A program made the position numbers and the translations under genes. The notes beneath the pieces were generated by a model. That model was not told the origin of the DNA, did not search any database, and saw only the letters and a list, made by a program, of their open reading frames with translations. A DNA stretch of 64,000 nucleotides from Coraliomargarita sp. (GTDB taxonomy: Bacteria > Verrucomicrobiota > Verrucomicrobiia > Opitutales > Coraliomargaritaceae): the NCBI GenBank assembly GCA_965216325.1, contig OZ244160.1, positions 608,001-672,000 of the forward strand, given 5' to 3'. Below are positions 8,719 to 19,958 of the stretch, in pieces; position 1 is the first letter of the stretch; every line of letters begins with the position of its first letter.

Positions 8719-10017
8719 ATGTCGAAAAATATTGGTTTTATTTCCACGCGCTTTGCGGGTTCCGATGGTGTGTCCTTGGAAAGCGCGAAATGGGCGGAAG
8801 TTCTCTGGGACGATCAACATGTGAGCTACTGGTATAGTGGCCGAAATGACCGTGATCCCGGGTGTAGTTATTGTGTGCCGGAGGCGTATTTTGGTCATCC
8901 GGAGAATGAATGGATCAATGAGCGGATCTGGGGCCACACCCAACGTGACCCCATCGTAACCGAGCGTATCCTGGAGATGGCCAGCTATCTGAAGCAGACG
9001 CTCTACGACTTTGTGGAATACCACAAAATTGACATCCTTATTCCACAGAATGTGCTCGCGATTCCGATGCATGTGCCGCTCGGAATTGCGGTGACCGAGT
9101 TTCTTGCAGAGACACAGATGCCTGCCATCGCGCACCAACATGATTTTTATTGGGAGCGTACGCGTTTCTCTGTCGGCGCGGTGAAGGACTATCTCGACAT
9201 GGCCTTTCCACCGAGTTTGCCGCATTTGCACCACATTGGGATCAATCAGGCTGCGATCGAGCAGATGTCGCTGCGCAAGGGCGTGACCGCGACGCTCATG
9301 CCAAATGTGTTTGATTTTGATAATCCACCGCCGGAAACACACGACCCGTATACCGCGGATATACGCGATGAGATTGGAATTAGCCAAGATGACATTCTGA
9401 TCCTGCAGCCGACTCGTATTGTGCCGCGCAAGGGAATCGAGCATGCAATTAAGCTGGTCGGGATGCTCAACGATGATCGCTATAAACTAGTGATTTCGCA
9501 TGACGCAGGTGATGAGGGACTCGACTATAAGCATCAACTGGAAGAACTCGCGCGCCAGGAGGGCGTCGACCTCCGCTTCTTTGCTGCGCGAATTGGGGAG
9601 GTTCGCCAAGTCGACCATGAGGGGAATAAGATCTACACTCTCTGGGATATCTACCGGCATGCAGATTTGATGACCTATCCGAGCACCTATGAGGGCTTTG
9701 GGAATGCCCTGCTGGAGGCGATTTATTTCCGGGTTCCTGTGATCATTAATCGCTACTCGATCTATGTGCAGGATATTGAGCCGAAGGGCTTCCGCTTGCT
9801 CGAGATGGACGGCTTTATCACTGCTGAGCTAGTTGAAGAGGTGCGCCGCGTTATCGAGGATAAACAGTATCGCGATGAGATTGTAGATCATAATTACAAG
9901 GTGGCCCGTTACTACTACAGTTATACCGTGCTGCGCCGAGTGCTCCGTCACCACATTGCAATGCTGACCGGTGACACTCCAATGTCCTCAACGCGTAAAA
10001 GAAAGCGTTCCAAATGA
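8719..10017 (+). CDS. GT4 glycosyltransferase, mannosylglucosylglycerate synthase-like
   Basis: IGFISTRFAGSDGVSLE N-terminus, HQHDFYWER, QPTRIVPRKGIE, YPSTYEGFGNALLEA; start reassigned to ATG 8719. Confidence 0.8.
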   Translation: MSKNIGFISTRFAGSDGVSLESAKWAEVLWDDQHVSYWYSGRNDRDPGCSYCVPEAYFGHPENEWINERIWGHTQRDPIVTERILEMASYLKQTLYDFVEYHKIDILIPQNVLAIPMHVPLGIAVTEFLAETQMPAIAHQHDFYWERTRFSVGAVKDYLDMAFPPSLPHLHHIGINQAAIEQMSLRKGVTATLMPNVFDFDNPPPETHDPYTADIRDEIGISQDDILILQPTRIVPRKGIEHAIKLVGMLNDDRYKLVISHDAGDEGLDYKHQLEELARQEGVDLRFFAARIGEVRQVDHEGNKIYTLWDIYRHADLMTYPSTYEGFGNALLEAIYFRVPVIINRYSIYVQDIEPKGFRLLEMDGFITAELVEEVRRVIEDKQYRDEIVDHNYKVARYYYSYTVLRRVLRHHIAMLTGDTPMSSTRKRKRSK

Positions 10018-11750
10018 TTAAGTCTGTATCCAGAGAACAACTACGTAGTGTTCGTCGTCGCTTGACACGTTTGTATGGTGGTGACGCTGAGAAATTGCTG
10101 GAGCGTTTCTTTATGCATATCGGCCGCTATGGGGTCGGGGGGATCGAGACACTGGCGAAGCCACAGTTGTGGAGTGAGCACGATAGCGTGTTGATCACGT
10201 ATGCGGATAGCTTGCAAAGCGAGGAGTCCGGATCGCCCTTGCGGGCGCTCAATCAATTTGCCTGTGAGCATTTGAAAGGAGCGATCAGCACAATCCACCT
10301 GTTGCCGTTTTACCCATGGTCGTCGGATGACGGATTCTCCGTTATCGATTATCGCCAAGTCGATCCAAGTGGGGGTACGTGGCAGGATGTTGAACAACTC
10401 GGACAGGAGTTCGACCTCATGTTCGACTTGGTGCTCAATCACTGTTCCGCAAAGAGCAGCTGGTTTAAGGATTTCATCGCGGGGATCGAGCCAGCACGCC
10501 ACTACTTCTTGGATATGGACCCGAAGAAGGACTACTCGGAAGTGGTTCGACCGCGCACGAGTCCACTGCTCACACCGACCCGCACGCGTGATGGCGAGGC
10601 AAATATTTGGACGACCTTTTCTGCCGATCAGGTCGACCTCAATTGGCAAAACCCCGAAGTCCTGTTTGAGTTTATCGATATCCTGATGCTCTACATTTCA
10701 AAGGGCATGCGTATCGCACGTCTGGATGCGGTGGCCTTTGTCTGGAAGCAACTGGGCACAAACTGTATTCACCTGGCGGAGACGCATGAGATCGTTAAGC
10801 TCTTCCGCGATATCATTGAGATTATTGCTCCCAGCACGATTCTGCTGACGGAGACCAACGTTCCGCATGACGAGAACATCAGTTACTTCGGCGATGGAGA
10901 TGAAGCACAGATGGTCTATCAGTTTAGTCTTCCTCCGCTCTTGTTGCACGGACTCGCGACTGGCAATGCCAGCTATCTAACGAAGTGGGCTACGGAGCTC
11001 GCACCGCCGCCAGCTGGCTGCACCTTCTTTAACTTCACCGCGAGTCACGACGGGGTCGGGGTGCGTCCGATCGAAGGTTTGCTGCCTGAGAAGGAAAAGA
11101 ATAAGTTGATCCAGCATGTGCAGGATGCGGGCGGTAAGATCAATTGGCGTGCGATGCCTGACGGTTCGAAGCAGCCGTATGAACTGAATATTACGTACTA
11201 TTCGGCACTGTCCGAAGGCCTCAGTCCAGAGCTCGGTTCGGCGCGCTTCCTTTGTTCGCAGGCATTGATGCTCTCCTTGCGCGGCATTCCGGGGGTCTAT
11301 CTCCACAGTTTGACGGCAACGCCAAATTACCACGAGGGAGTTGAAGCGACCGGTATCAATCGTCGTATTAACCGCCGTAAGTGGCAGGCGGACGAGTTGA
11401 GCGATCATCTGGGTGATGAGATGAATAAGGCGACCTTCCGTAGTTATCTGAAGATGCTGCGTAAGCGTTCCAGCCACCCGGCTTTCCATCCGGATGCGGA
11501 GCAGCATGTGTTCGACGTCGATCCGGAGCTGTTTGTGCATAGCCGTATCTCGATCGACCGCAATGAGGTGATCTTCTGTATCTACAACTTCTCGGATCAG
11601 GTGAAGACGATCACCAATCCAATGGACTCTGAGTTATTGAAGAATACCAAGTACTTCTACGATATTTTGACCAGTCGCAAGCTGGGTTCCGGGAAGAAGG
11701 GCCTCAAGTTAGAGCCGTATCAGGCCCTCTGGCTTGTGCCGCGCAGCTAG
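10014..11750 (+). CDS. GH13_18 sugar phosphorylase, likely glucosylglycerate phosphorylase
   Basis: LITYAD, SDDGFS, DLVLNH, RLDAV nucleophile, TETNVP acid/base, ASHDG, PYELN loop. Confidence 0.85.
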   Translation: MIKSVSREQLRSVRRRLTRLYGGDAEKLLERFFMHIGRYGVGGIETLAKPQLWSEHDSVLITYADSLQSEESGSPLRALNQFACEHLKGAISTIHLLPFYPWSSDDGFSVIDYRQVDPSGGTWQDVEQLGQEFDLMFDLVLNHCSAKSSWFKDFIAGIEPARHYFLDMDPKKDYSEVVRPRTSPLLTPTRTRDGEANIWTTFSADQVDLNWQNPEVLFEFIDILMLYISKGMRIARLDAVAFVWKQLGTNCIHLAETHEIVKLFRDIIEIIAPSTILLTETNVPHDENISYFGDGDEAQMVYQFSLPPLLLHGLATGNASYLTKWATELAPPPAGCTFFNFTASHDGVGVRPIEGLLPEKEKNKLIQHVQDAGGKINWRAMPDGSKQPYELNITYYSALSEGLSPELGSARFLCSQALMLSLRGIPGVYLHSLTATPNYHEGVEATGINRRINRRKWQADELSDHLGDEMNKATFRSYLKMLRKRSSHPAFHPDAEQHVFDVDPELFVHSRISIDRNEVIFCIYNFSDQVKTITNPMDSELLKNTKYFYDILTSRKLGSGKKGLKLEPYQALWLVPRS

Positions 11751-11796
11751 GGGACACAAAAAACGCCACATGAAAAAATGTGACGTCAATTTCTCC

Positions 11797-11879
<83 letters not shown>

Positions 11880-12100
11880 GATAGAGAAAGCAGAGGTTAA
11901 TGCAGCGGGAAAAATCAGCTGTCAACTATTCAAACAGAAGTTTTACCGCTTAAATACGCTTAATAGCGCTAAAGTCCCTTAGTTTGAGGTTTTAGCGTCA
12001 ACTAAGCGCATTTTAGCGGTCTGAACTAATCTTTCCCAGAAATGTAATCTGATGCTTGCATTGGAGAAAAACCACGCCATAACCGTCCACCATCACTTTA

Positions 12101-12164
<64 letters not shown>

Positions 12165-12182
<18 letters not shown>

Positions 12183-12344
12183 TTTTGAAGCGGCTTTGAA
12201 TTTTCAGGGCCGCTTTTTTTTGTTTGAGGGTCTCACCGCGGTGGCCCGATTCGCTTCGCGATCGGTCATGTCGGCCTTCGGCCTCGGAACGACCCCCATT
12301 CTGGGTATTTTGAAGCGGCTTTGAATTTTCAGGGCCGCTTTTTT
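12165..12344 (+). repeat. 55-bp direct repeat of tRNA-Leu 3' end plus terminator (12165-12219 and 12290-12344)
   Basis: CGACCCCCATTCTGGGTATTTTGAAGCGGCTTTGAATTTTCAGGGCCGCTTTTTT occurs twice, 125 bp apart. Confidence 0.9.
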
Positions 12345-12401
12345 GTTACCCGATGCCGAGCTGGGGCTTGCGAAGCTTAGTCTGCTTTGGTCTGGTGAGG
12401 T

Positions 12402-14030
12402 ATGTCACTTTCGCTTGTTCAGCCGTTTTCGTCTCGGACAGTTCTTTCCGTAGTGGTGACCTTGCTCTTGAGTACTGGCTTGGCTCAGTTGGAGCGTTCG
12501 GAGTTTATGTTGCTGACGCTGTGGCCGAGTCTGGTGGCTTTGCTCGTAGTTGTGCTCTCGCGCAGTGCCTTTGTTGGGCTGCTGTCTGGGGCAGTTTCTG
12601 GGGCTTTGCTGATATCGCAGGGGAATCCTTTGGACTCCGTGACCTATCTGATTACGCAGCAATTTTTGCCCATATTCCAATCCTCGTGGAAACTCAGTGC
12701 GGTTGCCTTTACGCTGATTCTGGGGGGCTTTGTCGCGCTCGTTGAAGCGGGTGGTGGTTTGCAGGCATTAGTCAGACGGTTGTTGGGCGATGGTCGAGCG
12801 CCTGCCAAGCGGATGCAATTGACGGTCTTTGGTATGGGGCTACTGGTCTTCTTTGATGGTTTGGCGAATACGATGCTGATTGGTCGCTTGCTTCGCTCGG
12901 CGGCGGATCGCTGTGGAGTCTCGAGAGTGAAGCTTGCGTATTTGGCAGATGCGACGGGTTCGGCTGTCGCGTGCCTGGCCTTTGTGTCGACTTGGATTGC
13001 ATTCCAGTTGTCGATGATTCGCCAGGGCTATGAGGCTGTGGGGCTAGAGGTGAGTGCCTATAGTTTATTCTTCAGATCCTTGCCGATGAATTTCTATTGC
13101 TGGTTTGCGCTGGGGATGGCCTTGGTTTGTGTGCTGCGCCGTTTCAATCCGGGGCCGATGGGACGCTACGAACAGGAGGCTGTCTCGAGTTTTGTTGAGA
13201 CCAGGGATATGGAGCGTAATGCGCCACGTGCTCATTGGCTGATGGCGCTGTTGCCGATTGCGGTGCTCACGCTGTCGATCCCAGTGCTGAGCTATGTGAT
13301 CGGCGCCGACTCGCTTTGGCCGTTTAACTTGTCAAAATTCGCGACAGCATATGGTGCCGCGGAAAACCATGTGCCTTTGATTCTTGTGGCTGCATCGGTG
13401 ATTGCTGCGTTGACCGCGGCGCTCTTTGTGAAGCTGGGCCCTGTGCAAGTATCGGTGTCGCCCGTCTTTATCTCCGGAGTACGAGATTTGTTGAAGCCGG
13501 TAGCCATTCTCTTGGCGGCCTGGTTGCTGGGGGGCGTTATTTCGAATTTGGGAGCTGCGGAAGTCATCAGTTCCGCGCTGACTGGCAACATTCCGCTGGC
13601 TTGCCTGCCATTGGTCATTTTTCTGGCGGGAGCTGCGATTTCGTTTTCGACTGGAACTTCCTGGGGCACGATGGGGGTGCTCATGCCCTTGGCGATCCCG
13701 GTGGTATTTACTTTGGCAGGTGAGGGGATGGATGCTGAAAGGGATCGTTTAATTGTGGCTGCGATTGGTGCGGTGTTTAGTGGTGCAGTCTTTGGCGATC
13801 ATTGTAGTCCGTTTTCGGATACGACGATTGTAGCGTCGATTGCGGCAGGAGTAGAGCCCTTTGATCATGTGCGCACGCAGTTGCCCTTTGCGTTGATTAC
13901 GGCGGCGTGTGCGATTCTGTTTGGTTTCTTGCCCTTGGGCTATGGTTTGTCGGCTTGGGCTTGCTTAATTGGCGGTCTCGGCTTCCTGTGGCTACTGCCG
14001 AATGTAAAGAATTTAGTAGTCAGAAGTTAG
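12402..14030 (+). CDS. Na+/H+ antiporter NhaC family transporter
   Basis: Polytopic; KLAYLADAT, FSTGTSWGT, GAVFGDHCSPFSDTTI, DHVRTQLP. Confidence 0.88.
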   Translation: MSLSLVQPFSSRTVLSVVVTLLLSTGLAQLERSEFMLLTLWPSLVALLVVVLSRSAFVGLLSGAVSGALLISQGNPLDSVTYLITQQFLPIFQSSWKLSAVAFTLILGGFVALVEAGGGLQALVRRLLGDGRAPAKRMQLTVFGMGLLVFFDGLANTMLIGRLLRSAADRCGVSRVKLAYLADATGSAVACLAFVSTWIAFQLSMIRQGYEAVGLEVSAYSLFFRSLPMNFYCWFALGMALVCVLRRFNPGPMGRYEQEAVSSFVETRDMERNAPRAHWLMALLPIAVLTLSIPVLSYVIGADSLWPFNLSKFATAYGAAENHVPLILVAASVIAALTAALFVKLGPVQVSVSPVFISGVRDLLKPVAILLAAWLLGGVISNLGAAEVISSALTGNIPLACLPLVIFLAGAAISFSTGTSWGTMGVLMPLAIPVVFTLAGEGMDAERDRLIVAAIGAVFSGAVFGDHCSPFSDTTIVASIAAGVEPFDHVRTQLPFALITAACAILFGFLPLGYGLSAWACLIGGLGFLWLLPNVKNLVVRS

Positions 14031-14043
14031 AAGATAGAAATTT

Positions 14044-14901
14044 ATGACGATACGAATTGAGGATAATTTTGAGGATGTGCTGATGAAGGCCTCGACAGGC
14101 TTGGGCTATGGTAAGCACGAGTTGGCAGAGCGCGCAGGTATATCCCTGGACGCGGTTGCTGCTTTGTTAAATGCCGAGGTCGATGAAGCCAGCTTGCGAG
14201 CGGTTGCACTTGTATTGGAATTGGATGCGGATGCCTTGATTTCGATGGCGAAGCAAGCATGGCAGCCGGGCGAAATTGAATTGGATGGTTTGCGTTGCTA
14301 TAACACGCCGTTCCCAGTCGAGGGTTATGAAGAGATGACCGTGAATAGCTACTTGGTCTGGAATCCAAAGGACAAGGTTGCGGTAGCCTTTGATACGGGT
14401 GCCAATGTCGATGCGATGCTGGCTGACATCGAGACGCTTGGCTTGGACCTGCAGGCGTTGGTGATTACGCATACACACCGTGATCATATCGCTGCGTATG
14501 ATGCGCTTTTAGCGAAGATTGAGGGCAAGGTTGCCTTTGCACCCAAGCTGGAGCCGTGGGCTGATGCGGATCAATTGGAGCACGGCGATACAATCGAGTT
14601 TGAGGGGCTCTTTATTCAAGCGCGTCAGACGAATGGCCACTCGCCCGGAGGTATGAGCTATGTGATCGAGGGCTTGGAACGGCCTGTTGCAATTGTGGGT
14701 GACTCCTTGTTTTGTCTCTCGCAGGGCGGTGCGCAGGAGCATTATTCACAGGCCTTGCAGAATAACCGCGAGTGGTTGCTCTCGCTCAGTACGGATACCA
14801 TTCTTTGCCCAGGACACGGTCCGATGACGACTGTGGCCAATGAGCAAGCTCACAACCCTTTCTTCCCTGAATTCAAACAATCCGCAGACTCTGCGAGTTA
14901 G
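14044..14901 (+). CDS. MBL-fold metallo-hydrolase with N-terminal HTH-like region
   Basis: THTHRDH, GHSPGG, VGDSLF, PGHG, NPFF motifs; N-terminal ELAERAGIS helix pattern. Confidence 0.85.
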   Translation: MTIRIEDNFEDVLMKASTGLGYGKHELAERAGISLDAVAALLNAEVDEASLRAVALVLELDADALISMAKQAWQPGEIELDGLRCYNTPFPVEGYEEMTVNSYLVWNPKDKVAVAFDTGANVDAMLADIETLGLDLQALVITHTHRDHIAAYDALLAKIEGKVAFAPKLEPWADADQLEHGDTIEFEGLFIQARQTNGHSPGGMSYVIEGLERPVAIVGDSLFCLSQGGAQEHYSQALQNNREWLLSLSTDTILCPGHGPMTTVANEQAHNPFFPEFKQSADSAS

Positions 14902-14910
14902 ATTTTGTTT

Positions 14911-15095
14911 GTTGAACCGTTAATTTACGTGAATTACTCGGCCATCTCCACGTTGTTCCGTTACGTTAATTGGACGAGTTGCTTTGAGTTCAATGAATGC
15001 CATGGGGATCAATTGTTAACTTTATAGCACTATTACGATTAACGGGCCTAGTTTACGTATGATTCATGTTAATTGACGTTCATTAACGGTCCGAA
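14911..15095. repeat. Second copy of the TGAACCGTTAA inverted-repeat element
   Basis: GTTGAACCGTTAATTTACGTGAATT ... AATTGACGTTCATTAACGGTCCGAA. Confidence 0.7.
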
Positions 15096-15162
15096 CCCTT
15101 CTTTTAGACTTCTTAGAAACTGCTGTCGCAGTTCCTCTACAAACCTCTACAGATTATTGATT

Positions 15163-16218
15163 ATGCCAATCAAACGCACGACTACCAAGCGCCCAGCCAA
15201 GAAACGTATCACACAAAAACGTACAAAGATCGGCTTTGTCGGAGTCGGCCGCATGGGAGCTAACATGGCTCGTCGCCTTAAGGACTGTGGCTACCCAATT
15301 ACAGCTATTTATGATACCAACCAAGTGGTGGCCAAAGAACTGGCCGCTGAGCTGGGTGGTGCCGCGGTGACCAAATTGTCTGAGGTGACTGCCGCAGCAC
15401 AGGTGGTGATTACGGTGGTATCCGATGATGCGGCGATGAAGCAGATCTTCTCGGGCAAGAAGGACAACCTTCTGCAAGGAGCTGAGGGCACGCTGTTTAT
15501 TAATTGCGCAACCGTCAGCCCCTCGGTGCATGTGGAGGTGGAAGCCCTCGCGAATGCGGCTGGTGCAAATACGTTGGAAGGATGCATGGCGTCCTCGATC
15601 CCACAAGCTCGTGAAGGTTCGTTGTATTTGATGATTGGTGGCCAGCAAGACGTGTTCCGCAAGGCGCGCACCATTCTGAAGTTTTTGAGCAAGGATTTGA
15701 TCTATGTCGGTGAAGCGGGCAGTGCGGCCAAAGTGAAGGCCTTAGTCAACATGGTGATGAACATCAATACGGCGGCATTGGCGGAAGGGCTTGGCTTGGG
15801 GCATGCCTTGGGACTCGATTTGAAGATGCTGTGCAAGGTCTTTGCTCAGACTGGAGCCAATAGTCGCGTGTTGGAAACCGATGCGGCGGACATGCTGGAT
15901 CGCGATCATGATTGTTATTTCTCGGCGGCTCACGCGGCCAAGGATTCGGGGATTGCCCTAAAGTTGGCCAAGCAGGAGGGCTTACGACTACCTCTGGCTA
16001 AAGCGACCAAGGAGCAATATGATGTCTTGGCAGCAGGCGGCTTGGGCGAGTTGGATAAGTCTGCGGTTGCAGAGTTGACCTTCTGCGACCGTAGTCCGGA
16101 CCTGGCTAAGGCTAAGCGTGTGCAGAAAACCAAGCGTCTGAAGAAATCGAAAGATACTAAGAAGACCAAGAAGGGAAAAAACGATACGAAGGCGAAGGGC
16201 TCGAAGAAGAAAAAATAG
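15163..16218 (+). CDS. NAD(P)-dependent oxidoreductase, 3-hydroxyisobutyrate dehydrogenase family, Lys-rich termini
   Basis: IGFVGVGRMGANMA Rossmann motif, KALVN catalytic Lys, AAKD; ATG at 15163. Confidence 0.85.
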   Translation: MPIKRTTTKRPAKKRITQKRTKIGFVGVGRMGANMARRLKDCGYPITAIYDTNQVVAKELAAELGGAAVTKLSEVTAAAQVVITVVSDDAAMKQIFSGKKDNLLQGAEGTLFINCATVSPSVHVEVEALANAAGANTLEGCMASSIPQAREGSLYLMIGGQQDVFRKARTILKFLSKDLIYVGEAGSAAKVKALVNMVMNINTAALAEGLGLGHALGLDLKMLCKVFAQTGANSRVLETDAADMLDRDHDCYFSAAHAAKDSGIALKLAKQEGLRLPLAKATKEQYDVLAAGGLGELDKSAVAELTFCDRSPDLAKAKRVQKTKRLKKSKDTKKTKKGKNDTKAKGSKKKK

Positions 16219-16315
16219 GTTCTCCACTTGCGGGTGCACGGCGTCGGGGGGGGGCACGAGTGAGTTTACCATCCGGAAGTGACGCACAAGTGCGCACTTT
16301 ACAGTTTTGGAATAT

Positions 16316-16339
16316 ACATATCAAAATATCCTGATATGT
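16316..16339. promoter_or_regulatory. Palindromic operator upstream of metK-ahcY, SahR-like
   Basis: ACATATCA-N8-TGATATGT with perfect 8-bp arms, 52 bp before the metK ATG. Confidence 0.6.
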
Positions 16340-16391
16340 TGATGTAAGTTCTTGCAAACAGCTGCGATCCAGCTATCTCAGATCGCAGTCT

Positions 16392-17555
16392 ATGAGCAAG
16401 AACTTCATATTTTCCTCCGAATCCGTTGGCGAAGGCCACCCGGATAAAGTATCCGATTATATCTCGGACAGCATTCTGGATGCCTGCTTGGAGCAGGATC
16501 CTAAGAGCCGTGTTGCCTGCGAGACTCTGGTGAAGAGCAACTGTGTGGTACTCGCTGGTGAGATCACCACTAACGCCAAGCTCAACTACGAGGAGATTGT
16601 TCGTCAAGCCATCCGCGAGATCGGCTATGTGAACGATGACGACGTTTTTCACGCCGACAAGGTGTTCGTTTCCAACATTCTGACTGCCCAGTCTTCCGAC
16701 ATCGCGCAAGGTGTGGATGCTGCGGGTGCCGATGGCAAGGACACTGAAGAGCAGGGCGCGGGCGACCAGGGAATCATGTTCGGTTACGCTTGTAACCAAA
16801 CTCCTGAGTTGATGCCTGCGCCGGTGATGTTCGCACACCGTTTGCTTCGTGAAATGGCGCACCAGCGTAAGGACGTGAAGGTGCCTTGGCTCCGCCCGGA
16901 CGTGAAGAGTCAGGTCGCGCTTGAGTATATCGATGGCAAGCCAGTCGCGATTAAGAACGTGGTGATTTCCACACAGCATGCTGCGGATGTCTCACACGCT
17001 CAGATCAAAGAGTTCTGCATCGAGGAAGTCATTCGCAAGGTGCTTCCAGTTGAACTGCTCAAGGACGAGACTGAGTATTTAATCAATCCAACCGGCAAGT
17101 TCGTGATCGGTGGTCCACAGGGTGACGCAGGTCTCACAGGCCGTAAGATCATTGTCGACACCTATGGTGGTTGGGCACGTCACGGTGGTGGCGCCTTCTC
17201 CGGCAAGGATCCATCCAAGGTTGACCGCTCAGCAGCTTACTTCACTCGCTGGGTCGCGAAGAATATCGTCGCCGCTGGCCTTGCGGATGAGTGTGAGCTC
17301 GAAGTCGCGTATGCAATTGGTCACCCATACCCAACCAGCATCCACGTAGATAGCTTTGGCACGGGTAAGATCGACGACGACAAGATCGCCGAGGCCGCAC
17401 AAAAGGTCTTTAGCTTCAAGCCAGCAGACATCGTTAGCCAGCTCGACTTGCTGCGCCCAATATACCGCGAGTCCACACACTACGGTCACTTTGCTAAGGA
17501 TAACTTACCATGGGAATCCACCGCGAAGGCTGAAGAACTCAAGGCAGCACTGTAG
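16392..17555 (+). CDS. metK: S-adenosylmethionine synthetase
   Basis: [37 protein letters not shown]. Confidence 0.98.
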   Translation: MSKNFIFSSESVGEGHPDKVSDYISDSILDACLEQDPKSRVACETLVKSNCVVLAGEITTNAKLNYEEIVRQAIREIGYVNDDDVFHADKVFVSNILTAQSSDIAQGVDAAGADGKDTEEQGAGDQGIMFGYACNQTPELMPAPVMFAHRLLREMAHQRKDVKVPWLRPDVKSQVALEYIDGKPVAIKNVVISTQHAADVSHAQIKEFCIEEVIRKVLPVELLKDETEYLINPTGKFVIGGPQGDAGLTGRKIIVDTYGGWARHGGGAFSGKDPSKVDRSAAYFTRWVAKNIVAAGLADECELEVAYAIGHPYPTSIHVDSFGTGKIDDDKIAEAAQKVFSFKPADIVSQLDLLRPIYRESTHYGHFAKDNLPWESTAKAEELKAAL

Positions 17556-17594
17556 AGATTACGATTAAGAGCCAGATTAGGATTAAGAATTACT
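17556..17594. repeat. Degenerate hexamer array (GATTAA/GATTAG) filling the metK-ahcY spacer
   Basis: agattacgattaagagccagattaggattaagaattac. Confidence 0.6.
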
Positions 17595-19034
<1,440 letters not shown>

Positions 19035-19057
19035 GCGAGATCATAAACCTAACTTTC

Positions 19058-19085
19058 AAAGCGCTCTCTTCGGGGAGCGCTTTTT
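19058..19085 (+). terminator. Intrinsic terminator after ahcY
   Basis: GCGCTCTC-TTCG-GGGAGCGC then T5. Confidence 0.85.
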
Positions 19086-19200
19086 GCGTGTAGCGACGAT
19101 AATAGTGTGCAGCACTGGGACTGATATCCGGCGGTGGACTTCATCCTTCCATGGATCTGTTAACTGAGTTATGTTTCTAACCTATTCGAGAAGTTGATTT

Positions 19201-19716
19201 ATGAATATCGAATCCTACATCCGTGTGACGCCTGACTTTCCGAAGCCGGGGATTATTTTTCGTGATTTTACACCGCTGCTTGCGAATGGACCTGCCTTCA
19301 AAGCACTGACGGATCTGTTTGTGGAGCGCTATGCGGATATGCAGATCGATGTCGTTGTTGGGATTGAAGCGCGTGGCTTTGTGCTCGCATCTGCTCTGGC
19401 TTACGCGTTGGGGGCAGGCACGGTCTTGATACGCAAAGAGGGTAAGCTTCCACACGAAACGCATGCACAGGAGTATGAACTGGAATATGGTTCCAGTGTG
19501 CTCGAGATCAGTCGCGACGCCTTTCAAGAAGGCCAGCGTATCTTGGTGATCGATGATGTTCTGGCAACGGGGGGCACCGTGAATGCAGCGCTCAAGCTCA
19601 TTCAGGAGAACTTCTCGGTGAGTGTCGAAGAATTGGTCTTCCTGATGGAGTTGGTTGACCTTCAGGGGCGAGGTAAGTTGCCGGACCTTCCGATTTATTC
19701 GGCGTTTAGTTACTAG
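19201..19716 (+). CDS. apt: Adenine phosphoribosyltransferase
   Basis: PDFPKPGIIFRD, GIEARGF, RKEGKLP, YELEYG, VIDDVLATGGT. Confidence 0.95.
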   Translation: MNIESYIRVTPDFPKPGIIFRDFTPLLANGPAFKALTDLFVERYADMQIDVVVGIEARGFVLASALAYALGAGTVLIRKEGKLPHETHAQEYELEYGSSVLEISRDAFQEGQRILVIDDVLATGGTVNAALKLIQENFSVSVEELVFLMELVDLQGRGKLPDLPIYSAFSY

Positions 19717-19816
19717 TTAGATGCATCGATACCCCTCCCAGCTGACAAGCACCCAGAGGGCATTCCACAGGTGACCTCCCATTGGCTGGGGAGGAGCTTT
19801 CTTTTGCACGTGATTT

Positions 19817-19891
19817 GTAGGGGCTTTGCTTGCGAAGCCCGCAGTAGGGAACAGCTTTTTTCGGGGCGGACGTGGCAAACAACGCCCCTAT
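19817..19891. repeat. REP-like doublet (GTAGGGGC...GCCCCTA subtype)
   Basis: GTAGGGGCTTTGCTTGCGAAGCCC ... GGCAAACAACGCCCCTA. Confidence 0.6.
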
Positions 19892-19958
19892 GTTTATAAT
19901 AAGAGTGGACTCCCGCGTGGAAGTCCGCCCTGATTGTCGTCAGGTCTGCTCGATTGCT

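Noticed and set aside
16219..16391. SAM riboswitch upstream of metK
   Set aside because: No SAM-I/II/V or SAH consensus recognised by eye; a protein-operator palindrome explains the region better. An Rfam scan would settle it.
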